Assembly: GCA_041605955.1 (NCBI GenBank)
Contig: JBFIXI010000006.1
Coordinates: 26,853 to 90,852 of the forward strand
Source: Acidimicrobiia bacterium
GTDB taxonomy: Bacteria; Actinomycetota; Acidimicrobiia; Spongiisociales; UBA5794
Direction: 5' to 3'
DNA length: 64,000 nucleotides
Each line of letters begins with the position of its first letter. Position 1 is the stretch's first letter. The translations under genes and the position numbers were made by a program. The notes below the pieces were generated by a model. The model was not told the DNA's origin. It did not search any database and saw nothing but the letters and a program-made list of their open reading frames with translations. This document shows positions 40,681 through 50,161 of the stretch, piece by piece.

Positions 40681-42614
40681 CGGCGAGCCACCCACAGCTC
40701 GAGGGTGCGGATCTCGGTCTGGCGAGGCGCCCCTCGCAGGCTGGCGCGCCACGCCTCGCTGCTCAGCACGAACGCGACCGCCTCGGGACCGGCCAACGCG
40801 GCGGTCGAGGCCATCACTGCGTCGACCGGGACGGGCGGCTCCCGGCCGGGCTCGATCCCGGCGACGCTGAACTCGCACCATGCTCGCAACGGCGGGCCCA
40901 TCAGCCATGAGAGCGGCAGCTCAGGGTCGTCGTTGACGATCAATACCGATTCGACCCCTTCCAGCGATTCGCAGAGTGCCACCAGCTGACCTTCCACACC
41001 TTGCCGGTCCGGCTGCCCGATCAGGGGAGCTGCCACCAAGATCACTGGAAGCACCGCCGCCGCCACCACCAGCCCGGCCAGCGGCCGGGAGCGGCCCTGG
41101 GAAGGCAACCGGTCGATCAGGCCGGTGCCGAGCGCGACGGCGAGGATGATCATTCCGGGAATCACTACCGGAAGAAATCTGCGAATTGCCCAGATCTGGT
41201 CCGGGTTGATCGAAGGGCGGACGAAGTAGCCGACGGCCTGCACCAGGAATGCCAGGGTCACCAGCCGGAGTGCGGCGGTGCCGGCGACCAGCGATCGGCG
41301 GGCCGCCACGATCGCCGCGGCCAGGCTCGCTGCCACGATGGGGATTCCCAGGTACCACGCCTGCCACCAGACCGACAACTCCGTATAGGCCCGATCCGGC
41401 TCGATGGCGAGCCCTTCCGCCAGTTGGATCGCTCCCAGTCCGTAAACCCCCGTCGACCGGCTCGGCGGCAGCAGCGGGCGCACGAACCAGAGGTAGGCGA
41501 ACAACCCGGCCATCGTCACGGTCAGAGCACGCGAGATTGCGGCAATGCGCCGTTCCCAGGCGACTCGCAACCTCTGCAGCGGACGGGCGGCCGCGAGCGG
41601 AGTCAGCAGGCGCAGCCCGACCGTCGCCGCCACGAGCATGAGGAGCAGTCGCCCGATGTTGGCTACATACGGTTCGGCGAAGAACACGAGATCCAGTAGG
41701 CCGAGCGCAGCCGGGATAGCGAGCCCGGCATAGATGCGGCGGGCGACGCCTGCCGCGGCGCTCTCTTCGAGCCAGGTTGCGGTCACCAGTAGTAGCCCGA
41801 GGGCGATCCCGAGGAGCCAGGCGTCGACTCGGACCATCGTGGCTCCGCCGAGTAGCAAGCCGCTGCCGATTGCCACTTGGGGCTGTGACGACAGAGCAAC
41901 ATGGCCGGCCCATAGGCCCCCCAGGGAGAGCACCAGCGCCGCCATCTCGCTGAAGGTGCCTCGGGAGTAGTACACGAACGGCAAAGCTGTCGCCAGCAAG
42001 GCGGCCGCCAGCAGTGCCCACCACGGCCGCATGAACCTGGAGGCGAGGGCGAAGACGACGAGCACCGCTACTCCCGACATGAACGCGTTGACGCCGAAGA
42101 GAGCCGACTTGCCGAACAGCTCGCCGAAGAACGCATACGTGGCGGGTGTCGAGTGCAGGAACTGTTGCCAGAACGTGCCGTCCGGGCGCACCACGAAGCC
42201 GGGGGCTTTGAACTCGAGGTCGGTGCCGACGAAAGGCTCGGCGATTGCGGTAGGGAACAAGCCGCGGTCGGCGACGAGAAAGCTCGCTGTGTTGGCGTAG
42301 GTGGCGCCGTCTCTGCCCGCCACGACCAGCTCGGAGCGGAGCAAGAGGTTCGACAAGGACACAACGACGATCAATGCGAGCAAGACCGCGGCGACGGAAC
42401 GGGCGATGGGGCGCGCCGTATGTTGCGGAAGCTGTCGAAACGTGGCGTACCCCAGGGCGACGGCCAGCGGCGCTTGCAGCCAAGCGACGTGCAGCCCGAG
42501 CATTGCCAGGATGAGCCCCGATGCGAGCAGTCCCAGCGTCGCCGCCAACGCCATCGAGACGACAGAGCTGAGCCGGTCACGCCGGGCCGCGTGGGGATTC
42601 GTCGAGTGGGTCAT
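40677..42614 (-). CDS. large polytopic GT-C-like membrane protein (putative glycosyltransferase)
   Basis: At least 12 predicted TM helices. ATG at 42614 is preferred over the track start at 42674. Confidence 0.5.
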   Translation of the reverse strand: MTHSTNPHAARRDRLSSVVSMALAATLGLLASGLILAMLGLHVAWLQAPLAVALGYATFRQLPQHTARPIARSVAAVLLALIVVVSLSNLLLRSELVVAGRDGATYANTASFLVADRGLFPTAIAEPFVGTDLEFKAPGFVVRPDGTFWQQFLHSTPATYAFFGELFGKSALFGVNAFMSGVAVLVVFALASRFMRPWWALLAAALLATALPFVYYSRGTFSEMAALVLSLGGLWAGHVALSSQPQVAIGSGLLLGGATMVRVDAWLLGIALGLLLVTATWLEESAAAGVARRIYAGLAIPAALGLLDLVFFAEPYVANIGRLLLMLVAATVGLRLLTPLAAARPLQRLRVAWERRIAAISRALTVTMAGLFAYLWFVRPLLPPSRSTGVYGLGAIQLAEGLAIEPDRAYTELSVWWQAWYLGIPIVAASLAAAIVAARRSLVAGTAALRLVTLAFLVQAVGYFVRPSINPDQIWAIRRFLPVVIPGMIILAVALGTGLIDRLPSQGRSRPLAGLVVAAAVLPVILVAAPLIGQPDRQGVEGQLVALCESLEGVESVLIVNDDPELPLSWLMGPPLRAWCEFSVAGIEPGREPPVPVDAVMASTAALAGPEAVAFVLSSEAWRASLRGAPRQTEIRTLELWVARR

Positions 42615-42718
42615 AGGGTTGTGCTGGCCTCGGCTAACGATCGGCGGCCGTGGGGGCGGCCTGAACCGAATCACGGCTTGGCCAGACTACGCAGCTATCG
42701 GCTGCGGCCCGCGGTTCC

Positions 42719-43510
42719 TCACGACGGGAGCTGCAAGGTGACGCCGCCGGAGTTGACCCGCGCCACATTGGTCGTTTGCGTGAAGCCACCGCCACTGCTC
42801 GCCGAGTCGGTGTTGCTGCATCCCCCGGCGTTGTAGTCCTGGTAGTTGGTGTCGACGGCCGTGACCCGATGCCACTCGCCGGCCACCGTGGCGAACTCGA
42901 GCTCGCTCCAGCGGATCGTCACGGGTGGGGCGTCGCACGCGGCGAACACCTCGGTCCACACGATGGGCGTGCCCAGCCCGTCGCCGCCGCCCTCCAGCTC
43001 ACGAATCACTGCAAGGGCGCCCGAAGCGACGTCTTCGATGCTGCCCCGCCACCAACCGACGTCTGCGCCGGCATCGATCGTGAGCCGGTACCGCCGGCCT
43101 GCTTCCCAGGGATAGTCGCGCGTGTTGGGGTCGTTGGGCTGCGACGGCAACGTCGACTCGGTTCCGGGGAGCTCGTCTCCTCCCAGCCGTTGGGCGCGGT
43201 ATCCGCCCCAGTTGACTGCGGTGTTGCCCGGATGACGCCGGTTCCACTGGATCCCCACGTGACCGCCGCCCACCTCCTGACCCCGATCGAGGAACGAGGC
43301 CTGCAGCGCGAAGAAGTAGAGGTCGGTGGTCGCCGGGGGAGCAACGACCTCCACTGTGACGCGCACTGCGGCCACGACGCGCGGCGCCCCCTGCCAGTAC
43401 AGGTGGAAGGACGACGCTCCGTTGGGCGAAGGGGGCCGGCCGCGGTCACGTACCCGGTCGACCCGGGAACTTCCACCGAGACCGAAGAGCCAGCGCAGAA
43501 AAGCGAGCAC
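42719..43510 (-). CDS. hypothetical protein
   Basis: Continuous 263-aa ORF with good codon bias and no recognisable motif. Confidence 0.4.
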   Translation of the reverse strand: MLAFLRWLFGLGGSSRVDRVRDRGRPPSPNGASSFHLYWQGAPRVVAAVRVTVEVVAPPATTDLYFFALQASFLDRGQEVGGGHVGIQWNRRHPGNTAVNWGGYRAQRLGGDELPGTESTLPSQPNDPNTRDYPWEAGRRYRLTIDAGADVGWWRGSIEDVASGALAVIRELEGGGDGLGTPIVWTEVFAACDAPPVTIRWSELEFATVAGEWHRVTAVDTNYQDYNAGGCSNTDSASSGGGFTQTTNVARVNSGGVTLQLPS

Positions 43511-43528
43511 CCTTTGACATTACGTGCA

Positions 43529-43993
43529 TCAACGCCGCAGGGCGGTCAACAGGCCGTCAACATCGTCGGTGCCGATACGAAAGACCCGTCCGTTGTCCAG
43601 CTCGAGCTGCACTGCGGCGAGGCCCCACACATTCCACATCCAGCCCCGGGTGACCTTGCGGATTCCCCACCCGGCGATCCAGGTGTTCCGATGGGCCTCG
43701 ACGCTCACGACCCGCCCGCGATCGATCGTCTTCTGCGGCCAGCCCAACCTCCACTTGAGATTGATGGCGGCCGGGTCGACGGTGACGGTCAGCCTCGTGA
43801 AGTTGAGGATGGCGAGGTAGACCACAGCCGCCCACGCGGTCACGAAGAGGCTGCCCCAGATTCCGATTTCCTCGGAACGCAGCAGGGCAGCACTCAGCGA
43901 GAACATGGCGACGGCAAATAGCGACGCCACCACCACCACCCATTGCGGTGAGTTCTGCACGTGGTGGTAAGCCAGTCCCGGGGCGTGGTCCAT
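43529..43993 (-). CDS. bacterial PH-domain (bPH_2-like) membrane protein
   Basis: Two N-terminal TM helices followed by a PH-like domain. Confidence 0.5.
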   Translation of the reverse strand: MDHAPGLAYHHVQNSPQWVVVVASLFAVAMFSLSAALLRSEEIGIWGSLFVTAWAAVVYLAILNFTRLTVTVDPAAINLKWRLGWPQKTIDRGRVVSVEAHRNTWIAGWGIRKVTRGWMWNVWGLAAVQLELDNGRVFRIGTDDVDGLLTALRR

Positions 43994-44003
43994 GCCGCTC
44001 CTC

Positions 44004-44543
44004 TCACTTCTCCAGGGTGGCCAGATAGGCAGCGTCGGTCTGGAACGCTAACTCGGGGAGCTCATCGAGCGCGAACCATCCGACGGCGTCGGCATCATCT
44101 CCAGCCGTGAGCTCACCCCCGTTGGCCACCCCTGCGAACCAGATGCCGACCGTCACCTTGGCCGGGTCGTGGAAGTTGGTGGCGACCCATACCGGCTCGC
44201 CGACGATGGCTTCGAGGCCGGTTTCCTCCCGCAGCTCGCGGGCGGCTGCTGCTCGGACCTCCTCGCCGTAGTCCACATAGCCCGCCGGGATGGACCACTT
44301 GCCGGGTTGAGTGGCGCCCGGCGCTCTCCTGACGAGCAGCACGCGCCCCGCGTCGTCCCGCACCACAACGGCGGCACCGACCCCCGGGTTACGGAAGTGC
44401 ACGAAGCCGCAGGCCGGACAGGACTGGCGATCTCTCCCGGCGATCGCTCTCGCCTCGAGGCGGGCCGCGCACATCGGGCAGTATGCGAACTCGCCTGGGA
44501 GCGACTCGATGTGGTCATGGGGGTGGTCGGCTGGGTCGTGCAC
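44004..44543 (-). CDS. NUDIX hydrolase with N-terminal zinc ribbon
   Basis: CPxC...CPxC zinc ribbon and Nudix box (GKWSIPAGYVDYGEEVRAAAARELREETGL). Confidence 0.8.
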   Translation of the reverse strand: MHDPADHPHDHIESLPGEFAYCPMCAARLEARAIAGRDRQSCPACGFVHFRNPGVGAAVVVRDDAGRVLLVRRAPGATQPGKWSIPAGYVDYGEEVRAAAARELREETGLEAIVGEPVWVATNFHDPAKVTVGIWFAGVANGGELTAGDDADAVGWFALDELPELAFQTDAAYLATLEK

Positions 44544-44676
44544 AACGCCAGGTTAGGTCGGCGGTGCAGATTCCCGGGGTCGGCCCAGCGACGCCACGCG
44601 CAGTTTGTGCTCAATTGCCAAAGCCTGCCAACCGATTGATATACGGGGTCTGTTCGCGAGCACGCGGGGAGGACGT

Positions 44677-46308
44677 TTGCAGGTTTTCGGAGCGAAGGAC
44701 GCCACCTCAGGTTCCGCTCCAACCAGCGCCTTTGGTGCATTCTTCACGCACTCTGCCGAAGCCATGGTGGTGCTCGACGCCGACCTATTGGTGGCAGCAG
44801 CCAACGTCGCTGCCCAGAATGCGCTGGGGCTCTCGGAAGACAGCACCGGGGTGGATTTCGCCACCCTGTTGCCGGACGACGCCCGGGAGCCGGTACGTTC
44901 GTTGTTGCGGGCGGCGTTGAACGGTACGCCGCTCCAGCGACCCACTGCCGTTACCTGTCGACGCACCGACGGTGCCTCGTTTCCGGCCGAGATAACTGCC
45001 GCCCGCTTCGAAGTCGACGGCAAGACGTTGCTGGGAGCAGTGATTCACGACCGCTCCGAGTCGGATGCTGCCCTGGAAGATCTACGCAGTGAGCAGCAGC
45101 TATACGAGGCGCTTTTCGATCTCAGCCCGATCCCGCTGCGCGAGGAGGACTTCACGGGCATCGCCAACTGGTTCGGCCGGCTGCGCACCCGCGGCGTGAC
45201 CGACCTGGGTGCGTTTCTCGAGCAGCATCCTGGGGAGTTGCTCGACTCGATCGGCCGTATCCGGACCGTTCGCGTGAATCGGGCGATGCTGCAGCTGATG
45301 GGCGCCGCGACCCTCGATGAGTTGAACAGCCACCGCCGGACCGAGATGACCGACGAAGTCATCGACTCCTTCCGAAGAGAGTTCATCACGTTGTGGAACG
45401 GCGGAACTCACCACATCGCCGAGTTCGTGGGTCTCGACCTGGCGGGTGAGCCATTCGAGTGTCGGCTGACGCTATCGGCCCAGGCAAAGAACGGGCAGCT
45501 CGACCTGTCGCGCGTCATCGTGGCCATCCAAGACGTCACCGAAGTCCGTGCCTATCAACGCACGCTGGAGAATCTGATCGCCGGCAAGGATCGCTTCGTG
45601 GCCAGCATCTCCCACGAGTTGCGTACCCCCTTGGCAGCCGTGTTGGGTCTCTCTGAGGAGCTGTACGCGCTGTGGGACGAGTTCGACGGCGACGAAGCTC
45701 GCGACCTGATGGGCTTGATCGCCCGGGGGGCCAACGACCTGGCGTCACTGGTCGAGGATCTGTTGCTGGCGGCTCAAGTTGAGGTGGGCAATGGGATCTC
45801 CTCCACGCCAGGCGATTTCGAGCTGGGCGCCGAGGTGGAGCATGCCGTGCATGATTGCGTATCGACCGGGGACCTCGCCACCGTTCCCGCGATGACATGT
45901 TCACAACCCGTCTGGTGCCGAGCCGACCCCATGCGATTGCGCCAGATCGTGCGCAATCTTGTCGTCAACGCCGGCCGCTACGGAGGCGACACTGTGGAAG
46001 TGGTAGTGAGTAGGGAGCCGAGCCCGACCGTCCAGATCCGCGACAACGGTCCAGGCATCCCCGCCACGGAGTGGGAGCGCATCTTCAGCCCCTACCAGCA
46101 GGTTGCCGACACCGACTCGGCGCGCGGCGCGCTCGGCCTGGGGTTGGCGATTTCCCGCCAACTGGCCGAGGTCATGAGCGGTTCCCTGACGTACGAGTAC
46201 CGGAACGACCAGAGCGTATTCACCCTCACTTTGCCGGAGGCGAGCTCGATTCCGGTGAGTCCGGAGGTCATTCCGCCCGGCGAGACCGCGGCGGGAGAGG
46301 CGGACTGA
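44677..46308 (+). CDS. cytoplasmic PAS-domain sensor histidine kinase
   Basis: Two PAS-like regions, H-box SHELRTPL and HATPase. Paralog of 20013-21701. Start is uncertain: TTG at 44677, or the track start at 44605. Confidence 0.75.
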   Translation: MQVFGAKDATSGSAPTSAFGAFFTHSAEAMVVLDADLLVAAANVAAQNALGLSEDSTGVDFATLLPDDAREPVRSLLRAALNGTPLQRPTAVTCRRTDGASFPAEITAARFEVDGKTLLGAVIHDRSESDAALEDLRSEQQLYEALFDLSPIPLREEDFTGIANWFGRLRTRGVTDLGAFLEQHPGELLDSIGRIRTVRVNRAMLQLMGAATLDELNSHRRTEMTDEVIDSFRREFITLWNGGTHHIAEFVGLDLAGEPFECRLTLSAQAKNGQLDLSRVIVAIQDVTEVRAYQRTLENLIAGKDRFVASISHELRTPLAAVLGLSEELYALWDEFDGDEARDLMGLIARGANDLASLVEDLLLAAQVEVGNGISSTPGDFELGAEVEHAVHDCVSTGDLATVPAMTCSQPVWCRADPMRLRQIVRNLVVNAGRYGGDTVEVVVSREPSPTVQIRDNGPGIPATEWERIFSPYQQVADTDSARGALGLGLAISRQLAEVMSGSLTYEYRNDQSVFTLTLPEASSIPVSPEVIPPGETAAGEAD

Positions 46309-46516
46309 GCAGCTCGGCTGCGGCGAGGGACTGCAGCGCGTCGGCGGCCTGGCGACGCGCCACCTGTACGCGATGCGTGGCGGCCCCCCACGGCGGGCTC
46401 TCCGTCACTACCGCGCTGGGGATGCCGGCGGAGGTCAGCACTTCCCAGGCCGTCTCGGCCAGCGCGCGGGTCGCGAAGTCGGCGACCGCGACCGGCTCCT
46501 CATCTCGCCTAGACAC
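46268..46516 (-). CDS. possible small DUF2007-like protein
   Basis: GTG start, 82 aa, beta-alpha-beta-like pattern (VAVADFATRALAETAWEVLTSAGIPSAVV). Overlaps the convergent kinase 3' end by 41 nt, which lowers confidence. Confidence 0.25.
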   Translation of the reverse strand: MSRRDEEPVAVADFATRALAETAWEVLTSAGIPSAVVTESPPWGAATHRVQVARRQAADALQSLAAAELLSPPLPPRSRRAE

Positions 46517-46594
46517 TATCTCAGGCTACGCCGCGCCCGCATCGGGTGCGGCGAGCCACGGGCTCCCGCCGCCCGGCTGCGATTGTGACGGCGT

Positions 46595-46984
46595 TCAGGA
46601 CGCGTCTGACCCATCGTGCTGGTGTTCGTGCTCCTGCTCGATCTCCCGCCGCACCGAATCCATGTCGAGCGCCAACGCCTGGCCGATGAGATCCCGCAGC
46701 GCAGGCTCGGGAAGCGCCCCCGGCTGCGAGTAGATGCCGATCTGATCGCGGAAGATCATAAGTGTGGGGATCGAGCGAATGTTGAAGTAGCCCGCCAGTT
46801 CCTGTTGGTCCTCGGTGTCCACTTTGGCGAACACGATCTCGGGGTGGTCGGCCGCGACTTTCTCGAACGTCGGGGCGAACATCTTGCAGGGACCACACCA
46901 GTCGGCCCAGAAGTCGATGATCACCGTATCGTTGTTGACGATGGTGTCCTCGAAGGTGTCCTTGGTGAGCTCGACTGTTGCCAT
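46595..46984 (-). CDS. thioredoxin
   Basis: Canonical WCGPC active site. Acidic, His-rich C-terminal tail. Confidence 0.9.
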   Translation of the reverse strand: MATVELTKDTFEDTIVNNDTVIIDFWADWCGPCKMFAPTFEKVAADHPEIVFAKVDTEDQQELAGYFNIRSIPTLMIFRDQIGIYSQPGALPEPALRDLIGQALALDMDSVRREIEQEHEHQHDGSDAS

Positions 46985-47177
46985 ACGATTCCCTTTGCGA
47001 TTCGGCCCGATACGGGCAATGTTCCAACGACGTGGGGTTCGGTGACGCAACGCCGCGACCGGGTCCGGTATTCCATGACTAGTGACTTGATCGGCGGGGC
47101 GAATCCGCCTTCTGGTGGACCAGACACAGCTGGTACTATTCGTGGCAACTTCGACTACACCGGGTAGGGCCACGGAT

Positions 47178-48800
47178 ATGAAGCATTTGCTGCTCGGGCG
47201 CGCCATCACGGCCGGCGCGCTGGTCGCAGGCGCGTTGGCCACAATCGCCGCGCCGGCTCCGCCGGTCACCGCCGCTACCGGGTGCTTCACGGTCGAAGTC
47301 ACCAACGACCTGCGGATGGATGTCGCCGAGCTGGATGAGGCCTCCGGATTGGTGTTGTCGCGCCAGATGCCGGGGGTGATGTGGACCCACAACGACCACG
47401 ACCCCACCGCCACCAACGCGGAGAACAACCGGATCTACGCGGTCAACGAGGAGGGCGACCTGCTGGCGACGGTGCAATTCACCATGAGCCCGTCCGTACC
47501 GACCGTTCCCGATGCGACGTTCTTCGAGCTAGAGGACATCTCGTTTGGTCCGGGCCCCGACGGCGATCCCGACTACCTCTACCTGGCAGACACCGGCGAC
47601 AACCCTCCCGCTTCGAGGAGTTTCGCCAGCGTCTACCGCTTCGCGGAACCCGTCTTCGCTCCCGATCCCGCCAACCCGATCACGATCCAGATTCACGAGA
47701 CTCAGCTGGATGGAACTCGTTTCGAGTACCAGAGCTTCATCGACCCCGGCGAGACGAAACCGCGTAATGTCGAAGGCGTCTTCGTGGATCCGGCGACCGG
47801 CCACCTCTTTCTCGTTGAGAAAGGCCTGCACGCCATCGACGTCAACGGCGAGTTGGCGGACGGCACCGAGCTGCCCCGCGAGTACGCCTACATCTATCGA
47901 ATCGCAGCTAAACAGTTGTTTCCCCCTAATCCAGCGACGCTCCGGTTGGCGACCGTAGAGGGGTACGTCAAAGCCGAGTTCGGGGCCGGCGCGGTCGGCG
48001 TCACCGCTGCCGACATGGCGGCCGACGGCACGATCATCGCGATGAAGAACCGGGACGAGACGTTCTACTGGCACCGGGATCCCAACGAGACGGTGCTCGC
48101 CACGCTCAATCGAGATCCGATTGCCCCATGCCAGGCGCCAACCGGGATGAAGGGCGAAGGCCTCGCCGTCGGGCCGATCTCCGGGCGTCTGGTGATGATC
48201 CGCGAGGGCTTGCTGAGCCCCATCTGGCAGGCCGTCTTCACCGATCAGACCTATGAGTGCTTCGGTAGAGCGGCCACCATCGTGGGCACGGCGGGCGACG
48301 ATGTGATCACCGGCACCCCGGGCAACGACGTGATCGTGACCTTCGGAGGAGACGACACCGTGCTCGCCAAGAAGGGCTTTGACCGTATCTGTCTCGGTCC
48401 CGGCAACGACGCCGCCGACGGGGGGCTGCAGCGCGACAGGATCGACGGCGGCTGGGGCGACGACATCCTCGAGGGCAGTTACGGCCGCGACTTGCTGTGG
48501 GGGCGGGATGGCTGGGATGTGCTGGCCGGCAACGCCCACGATGACGTCATCTACGGAGGGGACGGCCAGGACACCATCACCGGTGGCGGTGGAATCGACA
48601 CGATCCTCGGGATGAACGGCGCCGACAGCATCTCCGGCCAAGCCGATGGAGATGTGCTCAAAGGGGGTCGGGGCGCCGACGATATCGGCGGCGGCAATGG
48701 CAACGACGCTCTCACCGGCGGAGCCGGCACCGACACCTGCGACGGCGGCGATGGTGTCGACACGGCCCAAACCTGTGAGCTGGTTAGGGGCGTTCCGTAG
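47178..48800 (+). CDS. secreted protein: N-terminal domain paralogous to the lipoprotein at 25061-26089, fused to C-terminal RTX-type calcium-binding nonapeptide repeats
   Basis: Signal peptide. The C-terminal ~180 aa are tandem GGxGxDxxx repeats (GGDGQDTITGGGGIDTILGMNGADSISG and further copies). Confidence 0.75.
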   Translation: MKHLLLGRAITAGALVAGALATIAAPAPPVTAATGCFTVEVTNDLRMDVAELDEASGLVLSRQMPGVMWTHNDHDPTATNAENNRIYAVNEEGDLLATVQFTMSPSVPTVPDATFFELEDISFGPGPDGDPDYLYLADTGDNPPASRSFASVYRFAEPVFAPDPANPITIQIHETQLDGTRFEYQSFIDPGETKPRNVEGVFVDPATGHLFLVEKGLHAIDVNGELADGTELPREYAYIYRIAAKQLFPPNPATLRLATVEGYVKAEFGAGAVGVTAADMAADGTIIAMKNRDETFYWHRDPNETVLATLNRDPIAPCQAPTGMKGEGLAVGPISGRLVMIREGLLSPIWQAVFTDQTYECFGRAATIVGTAGDDVITGTPGNDVIVTFGGDDTVLAKKGFDRICLGPGNDAADGGLQRDRIDGGWGDDILEGSYGRDLLWGRDGWDVLAGNAHDDVIYGGDGQDTITGGGGIDTILGMNGADSISGQADGDVLKGGRGADDIGGGNGNDALTGGAGTDTCDGGDGVDTAQTCELVRGVP

Positions 48801-48845
48801 CCCGCCGACTTCTGGCAATCCGCTACGGGCCAATACACTCCTGCT

Positions 48846-49487
48846 GTGTCCAACCCTCCGCTCATCAGTCTCGACGCCGTTGCGGCGCGCGTCGGGTCGA
48901 CGACCATCCTGCGCGACGTGAGCCTCGAGATAGGTGCCGGTGAAGCGGTGGCGGTGTACGGCGCCAACGGCGCCGGCAAGACGACCCTGTTGCGGATCAT
49001 GGCCACCCTGCTCATGCCGTCTGCCGGCCGGGTTGCGGTATTCGACACCGATGCCGCCTCGCTCGATCGTTTCGAACTGCGCCGCCGCATCGGGATGATC
49101 GGCCACGTCCCTTCGCTGTACCCCGAGCTGTCGATGCGGGCCAACCTGGAATACGTGGCTGAAGTCGTCGGGCTCGATCGCGAGGCTGCCGAGAAGGCGC
49201 TCGCCACGGTGGGGCTGGCCGCGGCTGCCGACCGACCCGTAGAAGCCGCCTCGCACGGCATGCAGCGGCGCTGCGAGATCGCCCGCGAGCTGATGCGGGC
49301 GCCGACGATCCTGCTCCTCGACGAGCCACACGCCGCACTCGACACATCTGCGGTGGCTCTCGTGGAGCACCTCATCGCGACGGTCACCACTCAAGGAGGC
49401 TGCGCCGTTGTTGCCTCCCACAACCGCCACGAGGTTGACAAGCTCACCGGTCGTCAGCTGCATCTCGAATCGGGGACGCTGGTGTGA
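48846..49487 (+). CDS. ccmA: heme exporter ATP-binding protein CcmA
   Basis: Walker A GANGAGKTT and ABC signature. Operon context. Confidence 0.85.
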   Translation: MSNPPLISLDAVAARVGSTTILRDVSLEIGAGEAVAVYGANGAGKTTLLRIMATLLMPSAGRVAVFDTDAASLDRFELRRRIGMIGHVPSLYPELSMRANLEYVAEVVGLDREAAEKALATVGLAAAADRPVEAASHGMQRRCEIARELMRAPTILLLDEPHAALDTSAVALVEHLIATVTTQGGCAVVASHNRHEVDKLTGRQLHLESGTLV

Positions 49488-50161
49488 CCCGCTCGCCCGG
49501 TCTCCTCGCTCAGGCCCTGGTGGCCGCCAAGCGCGACTTGGCGCGGGAGCGCCGCCGGGGCGAGGTGCTCTGGGTGACGATCCCGTTCGGTGTGGTTGCC
49601 ATGCTGCTTATCCCGATGGCGGTGGGTGCCGACGTCCCCCGCCTGCGCGAGCTGGGCCCCGGGCTCTACTGGGTGGTCGTGCTGCTTTTCGGCATCCTCG
49701 TCACCGTGCGCGCCACCGCCGCCGATTCGCCCCAGCAGCGCGACCTGAACCGGCTCATCGGGCTCGACCCCGCTGCCGCCTTCGCCGGCAGGGCTCTGGC
49801 GAGCTTCGTGCTGCTGCTGGCGTTCGAAATCGTGGTGGGGCTGGCCACCATTGCGCTGTACGACGTCAGTCTGACCGGGTGGGTGCTACTGCCGGTCATT
49901 CTCGTCGTCGCCGGCGCCGGACTGGCCCTCATCGGCAGCCTGGCGGCGGCGATCGCAGCCAATCTGGCAACGGGCCCCGCCCTCGTCCCGCTGTTGGTGG
50001 CGCCCCTGGCCGTGCCCCTCCTGCTGGGTGCGACGCAGGCTCTGGAGGGGTTGCGAGCCGGCAACGGTATCCTTCCCTGGCTGGTCCTGATGATCACAGT
50101 CGTGCTCGTACTTCTGATCATCGGCGTTGTGACGGCAAGACCACTTCAGGAGACAGCATGA
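49484..50161 (+). CDS. ccmB: heme exporter protein CcmB
   Basis: 6-TM CcmB-like protein. GTGA start overlap with ccmA. Confidence 0.8.
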   Translation: MTRSPGLLAQALVAAKRDLARERRRGEVLWVTIPFGVVAMLLIPMAVGADVPRLRELGPGLYWVVVLLFGILVTVRATAADSPQQRDLNRLIGLDPAAAFAGRALASFVLLLAFEIVVGLATIALYDVSLTGWVLLPVILVVAGAGLALIGSLAAAIAANLATGPALVPLLVAPLAVPLLLGATQALEGLRAGNGILPWLVLMITVVLVLLIIGVVTARPLQETA

